Shown: positions 9,481 to 19,038, counted from the first letter of the stretch. The stretch: 42,168 nucleotides of DNA from Planctomycetota bacterium (GCA_039190745.1 JBCCXZ010000033.1:1-42168), one strand, 5' to 3'. Notes: generated by a model not told the origin, from the letters alone. A program made the numbers and translations.

Positions 9481-10293
9481 CTAGACGGGAAGCGCCCCGA
9501 GCTCGGCGGGCGACGGGGCTGCGGTCAACGGCGCCGGGCCGTCGTCGGTGATAGCGATCGTGTGCTCGAAGTGGGCGCTCGGCTTGCCGTCGGCCGTGCA
9601 CTGGGTCCACTCGTCGCGGTCGACCTACACCCGCTTGGTGCCCATGTTGACCATCGGCTCCACGGCGATCACCAGCCCCGGCTCGAGCCGGAAGTCTCCG
9701 CTGCCCCGTAGGCCGCGGCCGCGGAAGTTCGGCACCTGGGGCTCCTCGTGCATGTTCCGACCGATGCCGTGGCCCACGAAGCACTCCACGGTTGAGAAGC
9801 CGTGGTCGCGCACGTAGCGGTCCATCTGGTCGGCGACCTGGCTCCAACGATCCCGCCGGGCCATTTCCTCGATGGCCAGCTCCAGCACCCCGCTGGTCAC
9901 GTCGAGCAATTTCTGCACCTGCTGCGAAACCTTCCCGATCGGGTGGGTCAGGGCCGCGTCGCCGCACCAACCGTTCAGCCGGCAGCCGGTATCGATGCTG
10001 ACGATGTCACCCTCGACCAGCGGGCGGTCGTTGGGGATGCCGTGCACCACCTCGTCGTTGACCGACATGCAGGTCACCGCCGGGAACGGGGCCTTCCCCT
10101 CGGTGCTGTTCGGGTAGTTCAAGAAGAGCGGCGTCGCGTCGATCTCGCGGAAGTACTGCGCGACCGCTTCGTCGATGTCTGCGGTCGTGGCGCCGGGCTT
10201 CATCATCGGCGCCGCGATCTGGTGCGCCTTCCAGACGGCTAGGCCTGCCTGGCGCATCAGTCCGATCTCACGCGGGCTCTTGAGCTGGATCAT
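9481..10293 (-). pseudogene. map: Methionine aminopeptidase type I interrupted by an in-frame TAG at 9625-9627 (pseudogene, readthrough or sequence error)
   Basis: SVNDEVVHGIP, GDIVSID, GDAALT, GHGIG, HEEP and AVEPM occur before the stop. The same frame continues [29 protein letters not shown]... to a TAG at 9481-9483. Confidence 0.9.
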
Positions 10294-10305
10294 ACTCGCG
10301 GGCGG

Positions 10306-10346
10306 GCTTGGGGGAGTCGAGCTTTGGGGGAGTCAAGCTTTGGGGG
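10306..10346. repeat. Imperfect ~16-nt tandem repeat (2.6 copies) between adk and map
   Basis: GCTTGGGGGAGTCGA / GCTTTGGGGGAGTCAA / GCTTTGGGGG. Confidence 0.75.
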
Positions 10347-10373
10347 CTGGGGTCTCATTCACAACCGGCACGA

Positions 10374-10937
10374 CTACGAGCCGGTAAACGCTTCAACCGC
10401 TTCGGTGATGCGGAGGAAAATCTCGTCCGGGGCGCCGTGGCCATCGACCGAGTGCAGCACGCCGCGCCCCCGGTAGTAGTCGAGCAGAGGGCGGGTGAGC
10501 GCCTCGTACTGTCGGAGCCGGTGTCGGATCACCGCCTCGTCGTCGTCGGAGCGGCCCCGGCTGGCGAGCCGCTTCATCAGCTCGGCCTCCTCGACCGCGA
10601 TCTCGATCGCCACGGGCGGGTCCATCCCGCGGTCGACCAGGTACTCGTCCAGCATCTCGGCCTGGGGCTCGGTGCGGGGGAAGCCGTCCAAGATGCACCC
10701 GTGGGCGCAGTCGGGCTCTTCGATCCGCTCGACCAGCATGCCGCACACCATCTCGTCGGGCACCAGCTTGCCGGCCTTCATGTAGGTCGCGGCCCGCAGC
10801 CCGGTGTCGGTGCCTAACCGGGCGGCCTCACGCAGCATGTCTCCGGTCGACAACTGGGGTATGTGCAGCTGCTCTGCGAGCCTGGCAGACTGCGTGCCTT
10901 TTCCTGCGCCGGGCGGTCCGATCAATACAATCCGCAT
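10374..10937 (-). CDS. adk: Adenylate kinase (short-LID form)
   Basis: GPPGAGKGTQ, STGDMLR, LDGFPRT, RGRSDD. Confidence 0.98.
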   Translation of the reverse strand: MRIVLIGPPGAGKGTQSARLAEQLHIPQLSTGDMLREAARLGTDTGLRAATYMKAGKLVPDEMVCGMLVERIEEPDCAHGCILDGFPRTEPQAEMLDEYLVDRGMDPPVAIEIAVEEAELMKRLASRGRSDDDEAVIRHRLRQYEALTRPLLDYYRGRGVLHSVDGHGAPDEIFLRITEAVEAFTGS

Positions 10938-11134
10938 CTTCCAAGCGTGCCGGGCGAAGGGTCGCTGCCGGGAGGTCTGCGGGCGTGGGGCCCGAGCAGA
11001 CTCGCTCCAGCAGCAGTTGAGCCAGTGGCAATCCGCGGCCGATTACCTCGGAACACCACGATGACCCATCGCCTGTCCGCTGTCTACCTTCTGCGTAAAA
11101 TCGACCGCCGCGGCCGCGATTCTGGGGGATAGCG

Positions 11135-12505
11135 CTACTCTAGCAAGCCCGGATAGTTCCGCATCACGAGGTGGCTGTCGATCTTCTGGACCAAGTCGAA
11201 CGCCACGCTGACGCCGATCAACAGGCCCGTGCCGCCGTAGAAACTAGCTACCTGCGGCGAGACGCCCAGCGAGCCCGAGATGAGCGTCGGGATGATCGCC
11301 ACCAACGCCAGGAAGCCGGCGCCCACATAGGTGATCCGGAACGTGACCTTCTCGAGATAATCAGCCGTCCGCTTGCCCGGGCGGTACCCCGGGATGAACG
11401 AGCCGTAGTTCTTCAGGTTGTCCGAAACGTCTTTCGGGTTGAACGTGATCGCGGTCCAGAAGAAGCAGAAGAAGTAGATCAGCACTACGTAGAGCAGCAC
11501 GTAAAAGTACGAGTTGGGTGCGAACGCGTCGCTCGCGATGCCGAAGAACTTCTCCATGAAGCCGCCCCGCTCCCAGGCGACCCGGCCGAGCTGACTCAGC
11601 AGGATCGAGGGGATCAGCAGCAGGCTGCTAGCGAAGATGATCGGCATGACGCCGGCCTGGTTCACCTTCAGCGGCAGGTAGGACTTGCCCCCGCCCGCGA
11701 CCCGGCGGCCGCGGATGTGCTTGGCGCTCTGCATGGGGATGCGGCGCTGGCCGAGCGTGATGTACACCACGCCCACCACCACGGCGAGGAACATGGTCGC
11801 CAAGAGCAGCAGGCTCTCGATGCCGAATTTACCGCTGCCGGAGTTAAGCTCCAGGGAAGCGTTGCTGATAAGCTCCATGCCGGCGCCCGGCATCGCGGCG
11901 AGAATGCCTGCCATAATCAGCAGGCTGATGCCGTTGCCGATGCCGAACTCGTCGATCTGCTCGCCGATCCACATCAAGAACACCGTGCCGGCGGTCATCG
12001 TCAGCACCGCCACTATCTGCCACCCGAACGAGAGCCCGCCGGTGTCGGGGTTCAAGTAGGCCGCGTCAACAAAATCGTTTGGCAAGATAAACGTTCGCAG
12101 GAACATAAAGCTCTGGATCAGGCAAATCGCTACGGTCGCGTACCTGGTGTATTCGTTGATCTTCTTCCTGCCGGCCTCCCCTTCCTTCTGCAACGCTTCG
12201 AGCGGCGGGTACACGCTGCCCAGCAGCTGGAAGATAATCGAGGCCGAGATGTAGGGCATGATGCCCAGGCCGAAGATGGTGACCTGGCTCAGGTTGCTCG
12301 CGCTGAAGACGGCCACCTGCTGGAAGACCGCGCCGAGCCCGCCGGCGGCGCCGGCCTGCTCGTTGTACGCCGCCACCTTCTGGGGGTCGACGATCGGCAG
12401 GGTGATTTGGAAACCGAGGCGGTAGACCGCCAGCAGCCCCAGCGTGAGCAGGATCTTCCACCGCAGTTCGGGGATCTGCCAGATGACGCGGACTTTTTCC
12501 CACAT
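11135..12505 (-). CDS. secY: Preprotein translocase SecY
   Basis: LGIMPYISASII, GIGNGISL, AGVMPIIFA, FIPGYRPG. Confidence 0.99.
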   Translation of the reverse strand: MWEKVRVIWQIPELRWKILLTLGLLAVYRLGFQITLPIVDPQKVAAYNEQAGAAGGLGAVFQQVAVFSASNLSQVTIFGLGIMPYISASIIFQLLGSVYPPLEALQKEGEAGRKKINEYTRYATVAICLIQSFMFLRTFILPNDFVDAAYLNPDTGGLSFGWQIVAVLTMTAGTVFLMWIGEQIDEFGIGNGISLLIMAGILAAMPGAGMELISNASLELNSGSGKFGIESLLLLATMFLAVVVGVVYITLGQRRIPMQSAKHIRGRRVAGGGKSYLPLKVNQAGVMPIIFASSLLLIPSILLSQLGRVAWERGGFMEKFFGIASDAFAPNSYFYVLLYVVLIYFFCFFWTAITFNPKDVSDNLKNYGSFIPGYRPGKRTADYLEKVTFRITYVGAGFLALVAIIPTLISGSLGVSPQVASFYGGTGLLIGVSVAFDLVQKIDSHLVMRNYPGLLE

Positions 12506-12609
12506 GGGTAGCTAGCTCCTTCGAGACTCGCTTGGGAGGGTCGCTGCCTGAGGGCAAGCCGCAGGCGAACGGCTCGTCACGATACCGCGGTCGCGGCCGC
12601 GGGGGTACG

Positions 12610-13182
12610 TCAGTCTGCGGCCTTTGGGGCGTCGGTTTCTGCAGCGGGGGCCTCGGCTGGGGCAGACTTGGTTTTTGGGGCCTTTGCTGCGTCGGCGGCC
12701 TTCTTCAGCCGCTGCTTCTCGGACACGGGCGTCTTGCCGGGCAGCACGATCATCTCGGCGCCTGCCTTCTCGATCTTCTCGGCCGCCGACTTGCTAAACC
12801 GGTGGGCGGAAATCTTGAGCTTCTTGGTCAGATCGCCGTCGCCCAGCACCTTGAGGATGTCGAACCGACCCTTGGCGAGGTTCTTCGCGGCCAGCGCTTC
12901 TAGGGTCACCTCTTCGCCCGCTTCGAAGGCCGCGTCGAGTTGGCCCACATTCACGACCACCACCGTCAACGCCCAGCGGTTGTTGAACCCCCGCTTGGGC
13001 ACGCGGCGGATCATCGGCATGGCGCCGCCCTGAAACGTGACGTGCTGCGAGCTGCCTGCTCGGGAGCCCTGGCCCTTGTGGCCGCGGCTGGACGTCTTGC
13101 CGTGGCCCGAACCGGGCCCGCGGCCGACGCGCTTGCGCTTCTTGTTGCGGCGTACGCCGCGATTCACATCGTTTAAAATCAT
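12610..13182 (-). CDS. rplO: 50S ribosomal protein L15 (C-terminal Ala/Lys/Pro tail)
   Basis: [33 protein letters not shown]. Confidence 0.98.
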   Translation of the reverse strand: MILNDVNRGVRRNKKRKRVGRGPGSGHGKTSSRGHKGQGSRAGSSQHVTFQGGAMPMIRRVPKRGFNNRWALTVVVVNVGQLDAAFEAGEEVTLEALAAKNLAKGRFDILKVLGDGDLTKKLKISAHRFSKSAAEKIEKAGAEMIVLPGKTPVSEKQRLKKAADAAKAPKTKSAPAEAPAAETDAPKAAD

Positions 13183-13709
13183 GAGAGTGTCACCCCGCGG
13201 AGGCGTTCTACGTCGACCTTCGGCCGCAGTTCCTGGAGCGCGGCGATCGTCGCCTTGACCAGGGGCACCGGGTTGTTCGAGCCGAAACTCTTGGTGAGGA
13301 TGTCGTGGATGCCGGCCGCCTCGCAGACCGCCCGTACCGCGGCGCCGGCGATCACGCCCGTGCCCGGCGTGGCGGGGACCAGGATCACCCGTGCGGCGCC
13401 GAAGCGGCCCTTCACCACGTGCGGGATTGTCGCCCCGTCCAGCGGCACCTGGATCATGCTCCGCATGCCTTCCTTAACGGCCTTCTCGACGCTGGGGGGC
13501 ACTTCGTTCGCCTTGCCGTAGCCCCAGCCGACCTTGCTCTTGCCGTCGCCGACGACCACCATCGCCGCGAAGCTGAAGCGGCGGCCGCCCTTGACCACCG
13601 CGGAGCACCGCTTGATCTTGACGACCTTCTCTTCGATCTCGCCGCGCTGCTTCTCTTGGTTGTCGCGATCACGACCGCGGCGGCGTTTGTTCGGGGGTGC
13701 TGAAGACAC
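13179..13709 (-). CDS. rpsE: 30S ribosomal protein S5
   Basis: [27 protein letters not shown]; 4-nt overlap with rplO. Confidence 0.98.
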   Translation of the reverse strand: MSSAPPNKRRRGRDRDNQEKQRGEIEEKVVKIKRCSAVVKGGRRFSFAAMVVVGDGKSKVGWGYGKANEVPPSVEKAVKEGMRSMIQVPLDGATIPHVVKGRFGAARVILVPATPGTGVIAGAAVRAVCEAAGIHDILTKSFGSNNPVPLVKATIAALQELRPKVDVERLRGVTLS

Positions 13710-13789
13710 GCTCGGTTCTCTCTGGTTTGGGAGGCCGGCACGGGCCGGCTGGTGTGTTTCGCTTTGTTAGCTGCGTTGCTTGTTCTCGC

Positions 13790-14158
13790 CTAAAACTTGA
13801 GGCCGCCCTCGCGGGCCGCGTCGGCCAGCGCGGCCACCCGGCCGTGGTACTTGCAGGAGCCCCGGTCGAAGCGTGCCACCGTCACGCCGGCGGCCGCCGC
13901 ACGCTCGGCGATCGCCTTGCCGACCGCCTCGGCCGCTTCTTTGTTGCCGCCGAACTTGATCCCCGAGGCCAACCCCTTGTCGGCCGTCGAGGCCGAGGCG
14001 ACCGTCTTGCCCGCGAGGTCGTCGATCAACTGAGCGGTGATGTTCTTGTGGCTGCGGGTCACGCACAGACGCGGCTTCTCGGCCGTGCCCTTAAGGCGCT
14101 TACGAACGCGGAACCGCCGCCGCTGACGCTGCTTGCCGATTGCTTTCGCGTGGTCCAT
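13790..14158 (-). CDS. rplR: 50S ribosomal protein L18
   Basis: [32 protein letters not shown]. Confidence 0.98.
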   Translation of the reverse strand: MDHAKAIGKQRQRRRFRVRKRLKGTAEKPRLCVTRSHKNITAQLIDDLAGKTVASASTADKGLASGIKFGGNKEAAEAVGKAIAERAAAAGVTVARFDRGSCKYHGRVAALADAAREGGLKF

Positions 14159-14242
14159 TGTCGATTACTCCCGTGCCTGCCTGCGGAACGCTGTTCGTTT
14201 TGCTGCTGGTTTACTTGGCGGCTTGGCTGCTCGATTACTTCG

Positions 14243-14785
14243 CTACTTCGCGGTCTTGCCGGCCTTGCGGCGGACCTGCTCGCCCTCGTAGCGGATGCCC
14301 TTGCCCTTGTAGGGCTCCGGCTTGCGGGCCGCACGCACCTCCGCGGCGAACTGGCCAACCTTCTGTTTGTCGGCGCCCTTGATCACGATGTGCGTTTGGT
14401 CCGGCAGCGTCACCTCGACGCCCGCGGGGACCTTCTTGTGGATCTCGTTGGCGAAACCCACCCGCAGCTGCAGCGTGTCGCCCGCGAGCGCGGCGAGGTA
14501 ACCCACGCCGTGGACTTCGAGCTTCTTCTCGTAGCCCTGCGAGACGCCGACGACCATGTTCTGGATCAACGCCCGCGTCAGGCCGTGCAGGGCACGCGAC
14601 TCGCGGTCGTCGCCGGGGCGGCTGACGTTGACCGTCTTGCCCTCTTCGTCGACCTCGACGACTACCTCGGGGCGGTGCGTCCAGTTCAACTTGCCGAGCT
14701 TGCCCTCGACGGTGATCTCGCGCTGCGAAACGCCGACCTTCACCCCGTCGGGGATCGCGACTGGTTTCTTTCCGATTCGGGACAT
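14243..14785 (-). CDS. rplF: 50S ribosomal protein L6
   Basis: MSRIGKKP, RKPEPYKGKGIRY. Confidence 0.99.
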   Translation of the reverse strand: MSRIGKKPVAIPDGVKVGVSQREITVEGKLGKLNWTHRPEVVVEVDEEGKTVNVSRPGDDRESRALHGLTRALIQNMVVGVSQGYEKKLEVHGVGYLAALAGDTLQLRVGFANEIHKKVPAGVEVTLPDQTHIVIKGADKQKVGQFAAEVRAARKPEPYKGKGIRYEGEQVRRKAGKTAK

Positions 14786-14865
14786 CGCCTTAGGCCTTCA
14801 AGCTCGCGGTGCGAGGGGTCGGGGGGTTTATCGTAGATCCGGCGGTCACCGGGCTTCTTGTCAAT

Positions 14866-14893
14866 GTTCGGTCGGCTACGTTCGGTCGGCTAC
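14866..14893. repeat. Perfect 14-bp tandem duplication including the rpsH stop codon
   Basis: GTTCGGTCGGCTAC occurs twice (14866-14879, 14880-14893). Confidence 0.9.
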
Positions 14894-15291
14894 CACAACT
14901 CGCAGAGCACTTCTCCGCCGAGCTTCTTCTGCCGCGCCTCGCGGTCGCTCACAACCCCGCGGCTGGTGCTGATGATCGAGATGCCCAGGCCGTTGAGGAT
15001 CGGCTTCAACGAGGTCGACCGGCTGTACACCCGGCGGCCGGGCTTGCTCACACGCTTGATGTGGCGGATGACACGTTCGCCGTTCGGGCCGTACTTCAGA
15101 TCGATGTGCAGCTGCTTCGAGGGCTTGCCCTCGATGTCTTCTTCCCGCCAGTCCCAGATGTACCCCTCGCGCTTGAGCACCTCGGCAACCCCGCGCTTCA
15201 CCTTCGAGAGCGGCATCTCCACCTCGGGACGCTCGATGCGAACGGCGTTGCGGATGCGGGTGAGCATGTCGGCGATCGGGTCGGTCATCAT
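14890..15291 (-). CDS. rpsH: 30S ribosomal protein S8
   Basis: TDPIADMLTRIRNA, SKPGRRVY, GGEVLC. Confidence 0.99.
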   Translation of the reverse strand: MMTDPIADMLTRIRNAVRIERPEVEMPLSKVKRGVAEVLKREGYIWDWREEDIEGKPSKQLHIDLKYGPNGERVIRHIKRVSKPGRRVYSRSTSLKPILNGLGISIISTSRGVVSDREARQKKLGGEVLCELW

Positions 15292-15407
15292 AACGGTTGG
15301 GCCCCCTCAACGGGTGCGGAAGTAAGATTGGGTGATCGTTCTTGTATTCTCGAAAAACAAATGCGGCTCTGTGTCAGCTGCCAGCCGCCCGGCTTCGTTA
15401 CGCCTTG

Positions 15408-16037
15408 TTAGTTGGCCGTCTCGTCCGTCTTGAACGGGATGCCCAGCAGTTTCAACAGCTCGCGTGAGTCGTCGTCTGACCCCCCCGAACAACACAGGGC
15501 GATATTCATCCCCTGCGGCCGCAGGTACTTGTCCGGGTTCAACTCGGGGAACACCAGCTGTTCGGTCAGGCCCAGGCTGTAGTTGCCGTTGCCGTCGAAC
15601 GCCTTTGGCTTCAGCCCGCGGAAGTCGCGCACCCGTGGAAGGGCGAGCGAGATCAAACGGTCTAAGAACTCGTACATCCGCCGCCCGCGGAGCGTCACCT
15701 TGCAGCCGATCGCGGATCCTTCGCGGAGCTTGAAGCCGGCGACCGACTTGCGCGCCCGGCAGACCATCGGCTTCTGGCCGGTGAGGTCGCGGAGGGCCGA
15801 GGTGGCGTCTTCCATATGTTTCTTGTCGGTGATCGCGCTGCCCACGCCCATGCTGACAACGATCTTCTCCAGCTTCGGCAGGTTCATCACATTCTGCCGA
15901 CCCAATTTCTCGGCCAGGGCCGGGAGGATCTCCGACTTGTATTTTTCCAAGAGGCGGGGCGCGTCCGGCGCAGCTGCTGCGTCTTTCGAGCCCTTGCCTT
16001 TGGAGCCCTTGTCTTTTAAGGGTTTCTCTTTTGCCAT
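15408..16037 (-). CDS. rplE: 50S ribosomal protein L5 (basic N-terminal extension)
   Basis: LTGQKP, GCKVTLRG, LPRVRDFRG, FDGNGNYSLG. Confidence 0.99.
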   Translation of the reverse strand: MAKEKPLKDKGSKGKGSKDAAAAPDAPRLLEKYKSEILPALAEKLGRQNVMNLPKLEKIVVSMGVGSAITDKKHMEDATSALRDLTGQKPMVCRARKSVAGFKLREGSAIGCKVTLRGRRMYEFLDRLISLALPRVRDFRGLKPKAFDGNGNYSLGLTEQLVFPELNPDKYLRPQGMNIALCCSGGSDDDSRELLKLLGIPFKTDETAN

Positions 16038-16089
16038 CGTTCTATGCCGCCGGTTTAGTTGTTAGCCGCCGGGTAATCTGGTCGCTTGG

Positions 16090-16437
16090 TTACTTCGCCG
16101 CCTGAGCCGTTTTCGGCGGGGTGATCTCGCCTGCGGTGGCGCCACACTTTTTGCAGAACCGCTCCTTGGCGCCGTCGTCGGTGACCCGCACGCCGAGGCG
16201 AGACTTGCTGCCGCACGATTCGCAGAAGTACATCACGTTGGAGAGCTGCACCGGCATCTCTTTACTCAGCCGGCCGCCCTGCGGGTGCTTCTGGCTCCGC
16301 TTCACGTGCTTGTACACGCGGGCGACGTTCTCCACGAGCGCCTTGCCGCTCTCGCGGTCGATCTGGATCACGCGACTCTGCGTGCCCCGGTCGGCCCCGG
16401 TGATGACTTCGACGTTGTCCCCGGTTCGGATCAGCAT
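16090..16437 (-). CDS. rplX: 50S ribosomal protein L24
   Basis: GDNVEVITGADRG, KEMPVQLSNV. Confidence 0.97.
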   Translation of the reverse strand: MLIRTGDNVEVITGADRGTQSRVIQIDRESGKALVENVARVYKHVKRSQKHPQGGRLSKEMPVQLSNVMYFCESCGSKSRLGVRVTDDGAKERFCKKCGATAGEITPPKTAQAAK

Positions 16438-16440
16438 TGC

Positions 16441-16809
<369 letters not shown>

Positions 16810-16851
16810 GGTATGTCTCTCGCTACTAGCCGCACCGGCCCCGGGCCGGCC

Positions 16852-17193
16852 CTAGCCTTCGGCGCCCTCCGCGGCCCCGTCCGAATTGTCGGCCCCGCCG
16901 GCAGCCCCGGCCGCCTTCGCCGCCGCACGCATCGCGGCGATATCGACCAACTGGCTCTTCGCCACCACCCGCACGAGGTCCCAACGCTTGGTCTTCGAAC
17001 GCGGCGGGCACTCGATGATCTCGACGGTGTCGCCGAAGGCCGATTCGTTCTTCTCGTCGTGCACGTGGCACACCGTGCGACGCTTGATGAACTTCCCGTA
17101 CTTCGGGTGACGGACCAGACGGTCGATCTCGACCCGCCGCGTCTTGTCCGTCTTGTCGCTAGTGACGACGCCGGTGAGCTGTTTCTTTGGCAT
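16852..17193 (-). CDS. rpsQ: 30S ribosomal protein S17
   Basis: [28 protein letters not shown]. Confidence 0.98.
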   Translation of the reverse strand: MPKKQLTGVVTSDKTDKTRRVEIDRLVRHPKYGKFIKRRTVCHVHDEKNESAFGDTVEIIECPPRSKTKRWDLVRVVAKSQLVDIAAMRAAAKAAGAAGGADNSDGAAEGAEG

Positions 17194-17245
17194 GCTTGGT
17201 GGCCCCTTCGGCCTGCTTGACGCTTAACTGACTACGACTACTTGT

Positions 17246-17479
17246 TCAGGAGGCCGCTTCGGCGACGGGCTCGGTCGTCGCGGCGGCCGCCTTGGCACGC
17301 TCGCTCTGGATCGTCTTCACGCGGGCGATCAACCGTCGGTTCCGACGCAGCTCGCTCGGCGTGTCGAGCCGATCGGTCTGCGACTGGATCCGCAAGCGGA
17401 ACAGGTTCTCGACCGCCTCGTTCAGAGTCAGCCCGAGCTGCTCGTCGCTCATCTCGCGGAGTTCGGATGCCTTGGACAT
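17246..17479 (-). CDS. rpmC: 50S ribosomal protein L29
   Basis: MSKASELREMS...LFRLR...RRLIARVKT; ATG at 17479. Confidence 0.95.
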   Translation of the reverse strand: MSKASELREMSDEQLGLTLNEAVENLFRLRIQSQTDRLDTPSELRRNRRLIARVKTIQSERAKAAAATTEPVAEAAS

Positions 17480-17543
17480 GTCTCGTCTCGCCTGCCTTGT
17501 ACCCACGGGGCCGCCGGCCCCGACAATCAACTACTGACGCCCA

Positions 17544-17954
17544 CTATTGACGCTTCACCATCCGCACGCGGACGGGCATCTTGTGAGCGAGGCGTGCGAA
17601 GCAAATCTTCGCCGCCTCCTCGGTAATGCCCTGCACCTCGTACAGCACCGTGCCGGGCCGGACGACGGCGGCCCAGTAATCCGGCTCGCCCTTGCCCTTG
17701 CCCATGCGGGTTTCCAACGGGATCGAGGTAATCGACTTCTGCGGGAAGATCCGGATGAACAGCCGGCCCTCGCCGCGCACGTACTGCTGCGCCGCGATAC
17801 GGCCCGCCTCGATCGTCGCGGCGCTGATCCAGCCGCCCTCGGTGGACTGCAGACCAAACTCGCCGTAGATCACCCGGTTGCCGCGGGTCGCGTTACCTCT
17901 TATACGCCCTCTTTGGCTTTTTCGGTGCTTGACCCTCTTCGGCATCAACGCCAT
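17544..17954 (-). CDS. rplP: 50S ribosomal protein L16
   Basis: MALMPKRVKHRKSQRG, IEAGR, ETRMGKGKG; start at 17954 (or 17945) lies inside rpsC. Confidence 0.97.
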   Translation of the reverse strand: MALMPKRVKHRKSQRGRIRGNATRGNRVIYGEFGLQSTEGGWISAATIEAGRIAAQQYVRGEGRLFIRIFPQKSITSIPLETRMGKGKGEPDYWAAVVRPGTVLYEVQGITEEAAKICFARLAHKMPVRVRMVKRQ

Positions 17955-18588
17955 CGGTCTCGTCCTCGTACATACCTTGGTTGATCCACACCTGGACACC
18001 GATGTGCCCCTGCGCGGTCTTTGCTTCGGTGAACCCGTAGTCGATCTTCGCCCGCAGGGTGCTCAGCGGGATCGACCCGGAAATCTGTTTTTCGCGGCGG
18101 GCCATCTCGGCCCCGCCCAGTCGGCCGGCGAGCTGGATCTTGATCCCCTTCGCCCCGGCCTCCATGGTCGATTCCATCGAACGCTTCATCGTCCGCCGGA
18201 AGCTCGACCGCTTCGCCAGCTGCTCGGCAATGTCCTCTGCCACGAGCTGCGCCTGCAGCTCGGCGCGGCTGACTTCCTCGATCTTGATGTTGATCCGCCG
18301 GCCGACCAACGCCTGCAGCTCGTCCTGCAAGACCTCGACCTCCTGGCCCTTGCGGCCGATGATCACGCCCGGCCGGGCCGCGTGCAGGATCACCTTCACC
18401 TCGTCCCGGGTGCGCTCGATCTCGACCTTCGGGATGCCGGCGAACTTGTACTTCTTGTGCACGAACTTCCGGATCTTCTGGTCCTCGACCAGCAGGTCCG
18501 AAAACTCACGCTTCGACGCGTACCAACGGCTCTTCCAGCCGAGCATCACGCCGGTGCGGAAACCGATGGGGTTTACCTTTTGACCCAT
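17893..18588 (-). CDS. rpsC: 30S ribosomal protein S3
   Basis: MGQKVNPIGFR, ARPGVIIG, GRLGGAEMAR, PLSTLRAKIDY. Confidence 0.99.
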   Translation of the reverse strand: MGQKVNPIGFRTGVMLGWKSRWYASKREFSDLLVEDQKIRKFVHKKYKFAGIPKVEIERTRDEVKVILHAARPGVIIGRKGQEVEVLQDELQALVGRRINIKIEEVSRAELQAQLVAEDIAEQLAKRSSFRRTMKRSMESTMEAGAKGIKIQLAGRLGGAEMARREKQISGSIPLSTLRAKIDYGFTEAKTAQGHIGVQVWINQGMYEDETDGVDAEEGQAPKKPKRAYKR

Positions 18589-18607
18589 GCCTTACTACCT
18601 GAGTGTG

Positions 18608-18934
18608 CTACTCGATCGTGACTCGGATGTGTGCGAAACGCTTTTTGATGACGTGCGCCATGCCGCGGGCACGCGGGCGGACCCGCTTGAACATCGGCCC
18701 ACCGTCGACGCGGGCATCGACCACCCGCAGGCCGGCCCGGTTGGGGGCGCCGCGGTCGATCGCGTTGCCCAGGGCGCTGCTGAGGACCTTCTCCAGCATC
18801 CGCGCCCCGCGGTGCGGCTGATACTTCAGGATCGCCAACGCGTCGTCCACGCTCTGGCCGCGGATCAGGTCTGCCAACGGCCGGACCTTCGTCGCGCTGA
18901 TGCGGGCGTGCTTGTGTGTTGCGGAGTATGCCAT
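18608..18934 (-). CDS. rplV: 50S ribosomal protein L22
   Basis: ARISATKVR, KRVRPRARG, HIRVTI. Confidence 0.98.
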   Translation of the reverse strand: MAYSATHKHARISATKVRPLADLIRGQSVDDALAILKYQPHRGARMLEKVLSSALGNAIDRGAPNRAGLRVVDARVDGGPMFKRVRPRARGMAHVIKKRFAHIRVTIE

Positions 18935-18944
18935 CTTGGAGCCT

Positions 18945-19028
18945 TTAGCGGTTAGCTATTAGCCGTTGGCCAGAATTTCTGCTGACCCGTTTCGTAACTC
19001 TGGCTAACAGCTAACAGCCAATAGCCAA
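18945..19028. repeat. Inverted pair of heptamer arrays between rpsS and rplV
   Basis: TTAGCGG-TTAGCTA-TTAGCCG-TTGGCCA (18945-18972) and TGGCTAA-CAGCTAA-CAGCCAA-TAGCCAA (19001-19028). Confidence 0.85.
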
Positions 19029-19038
19029 CTGCTTCCTC

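Noticed and set aside
9625..9627. Genome-wide TAG reassignment or pyrrolysine as the explanation for the map stop
   Set aside because: Many conserved genes in the window end at TAG at their expected C-termini, and no pyl genes or CUA tRNA are visible. Only local readthrough, mutation or error remain.
15381..15404. Calling an rpsN pseudogene from the GVTKPGGW-like fragment
   Set aside because: The match is too short and imperfect to support a feature. It is mentioned only as a hint in the rpsN finding.
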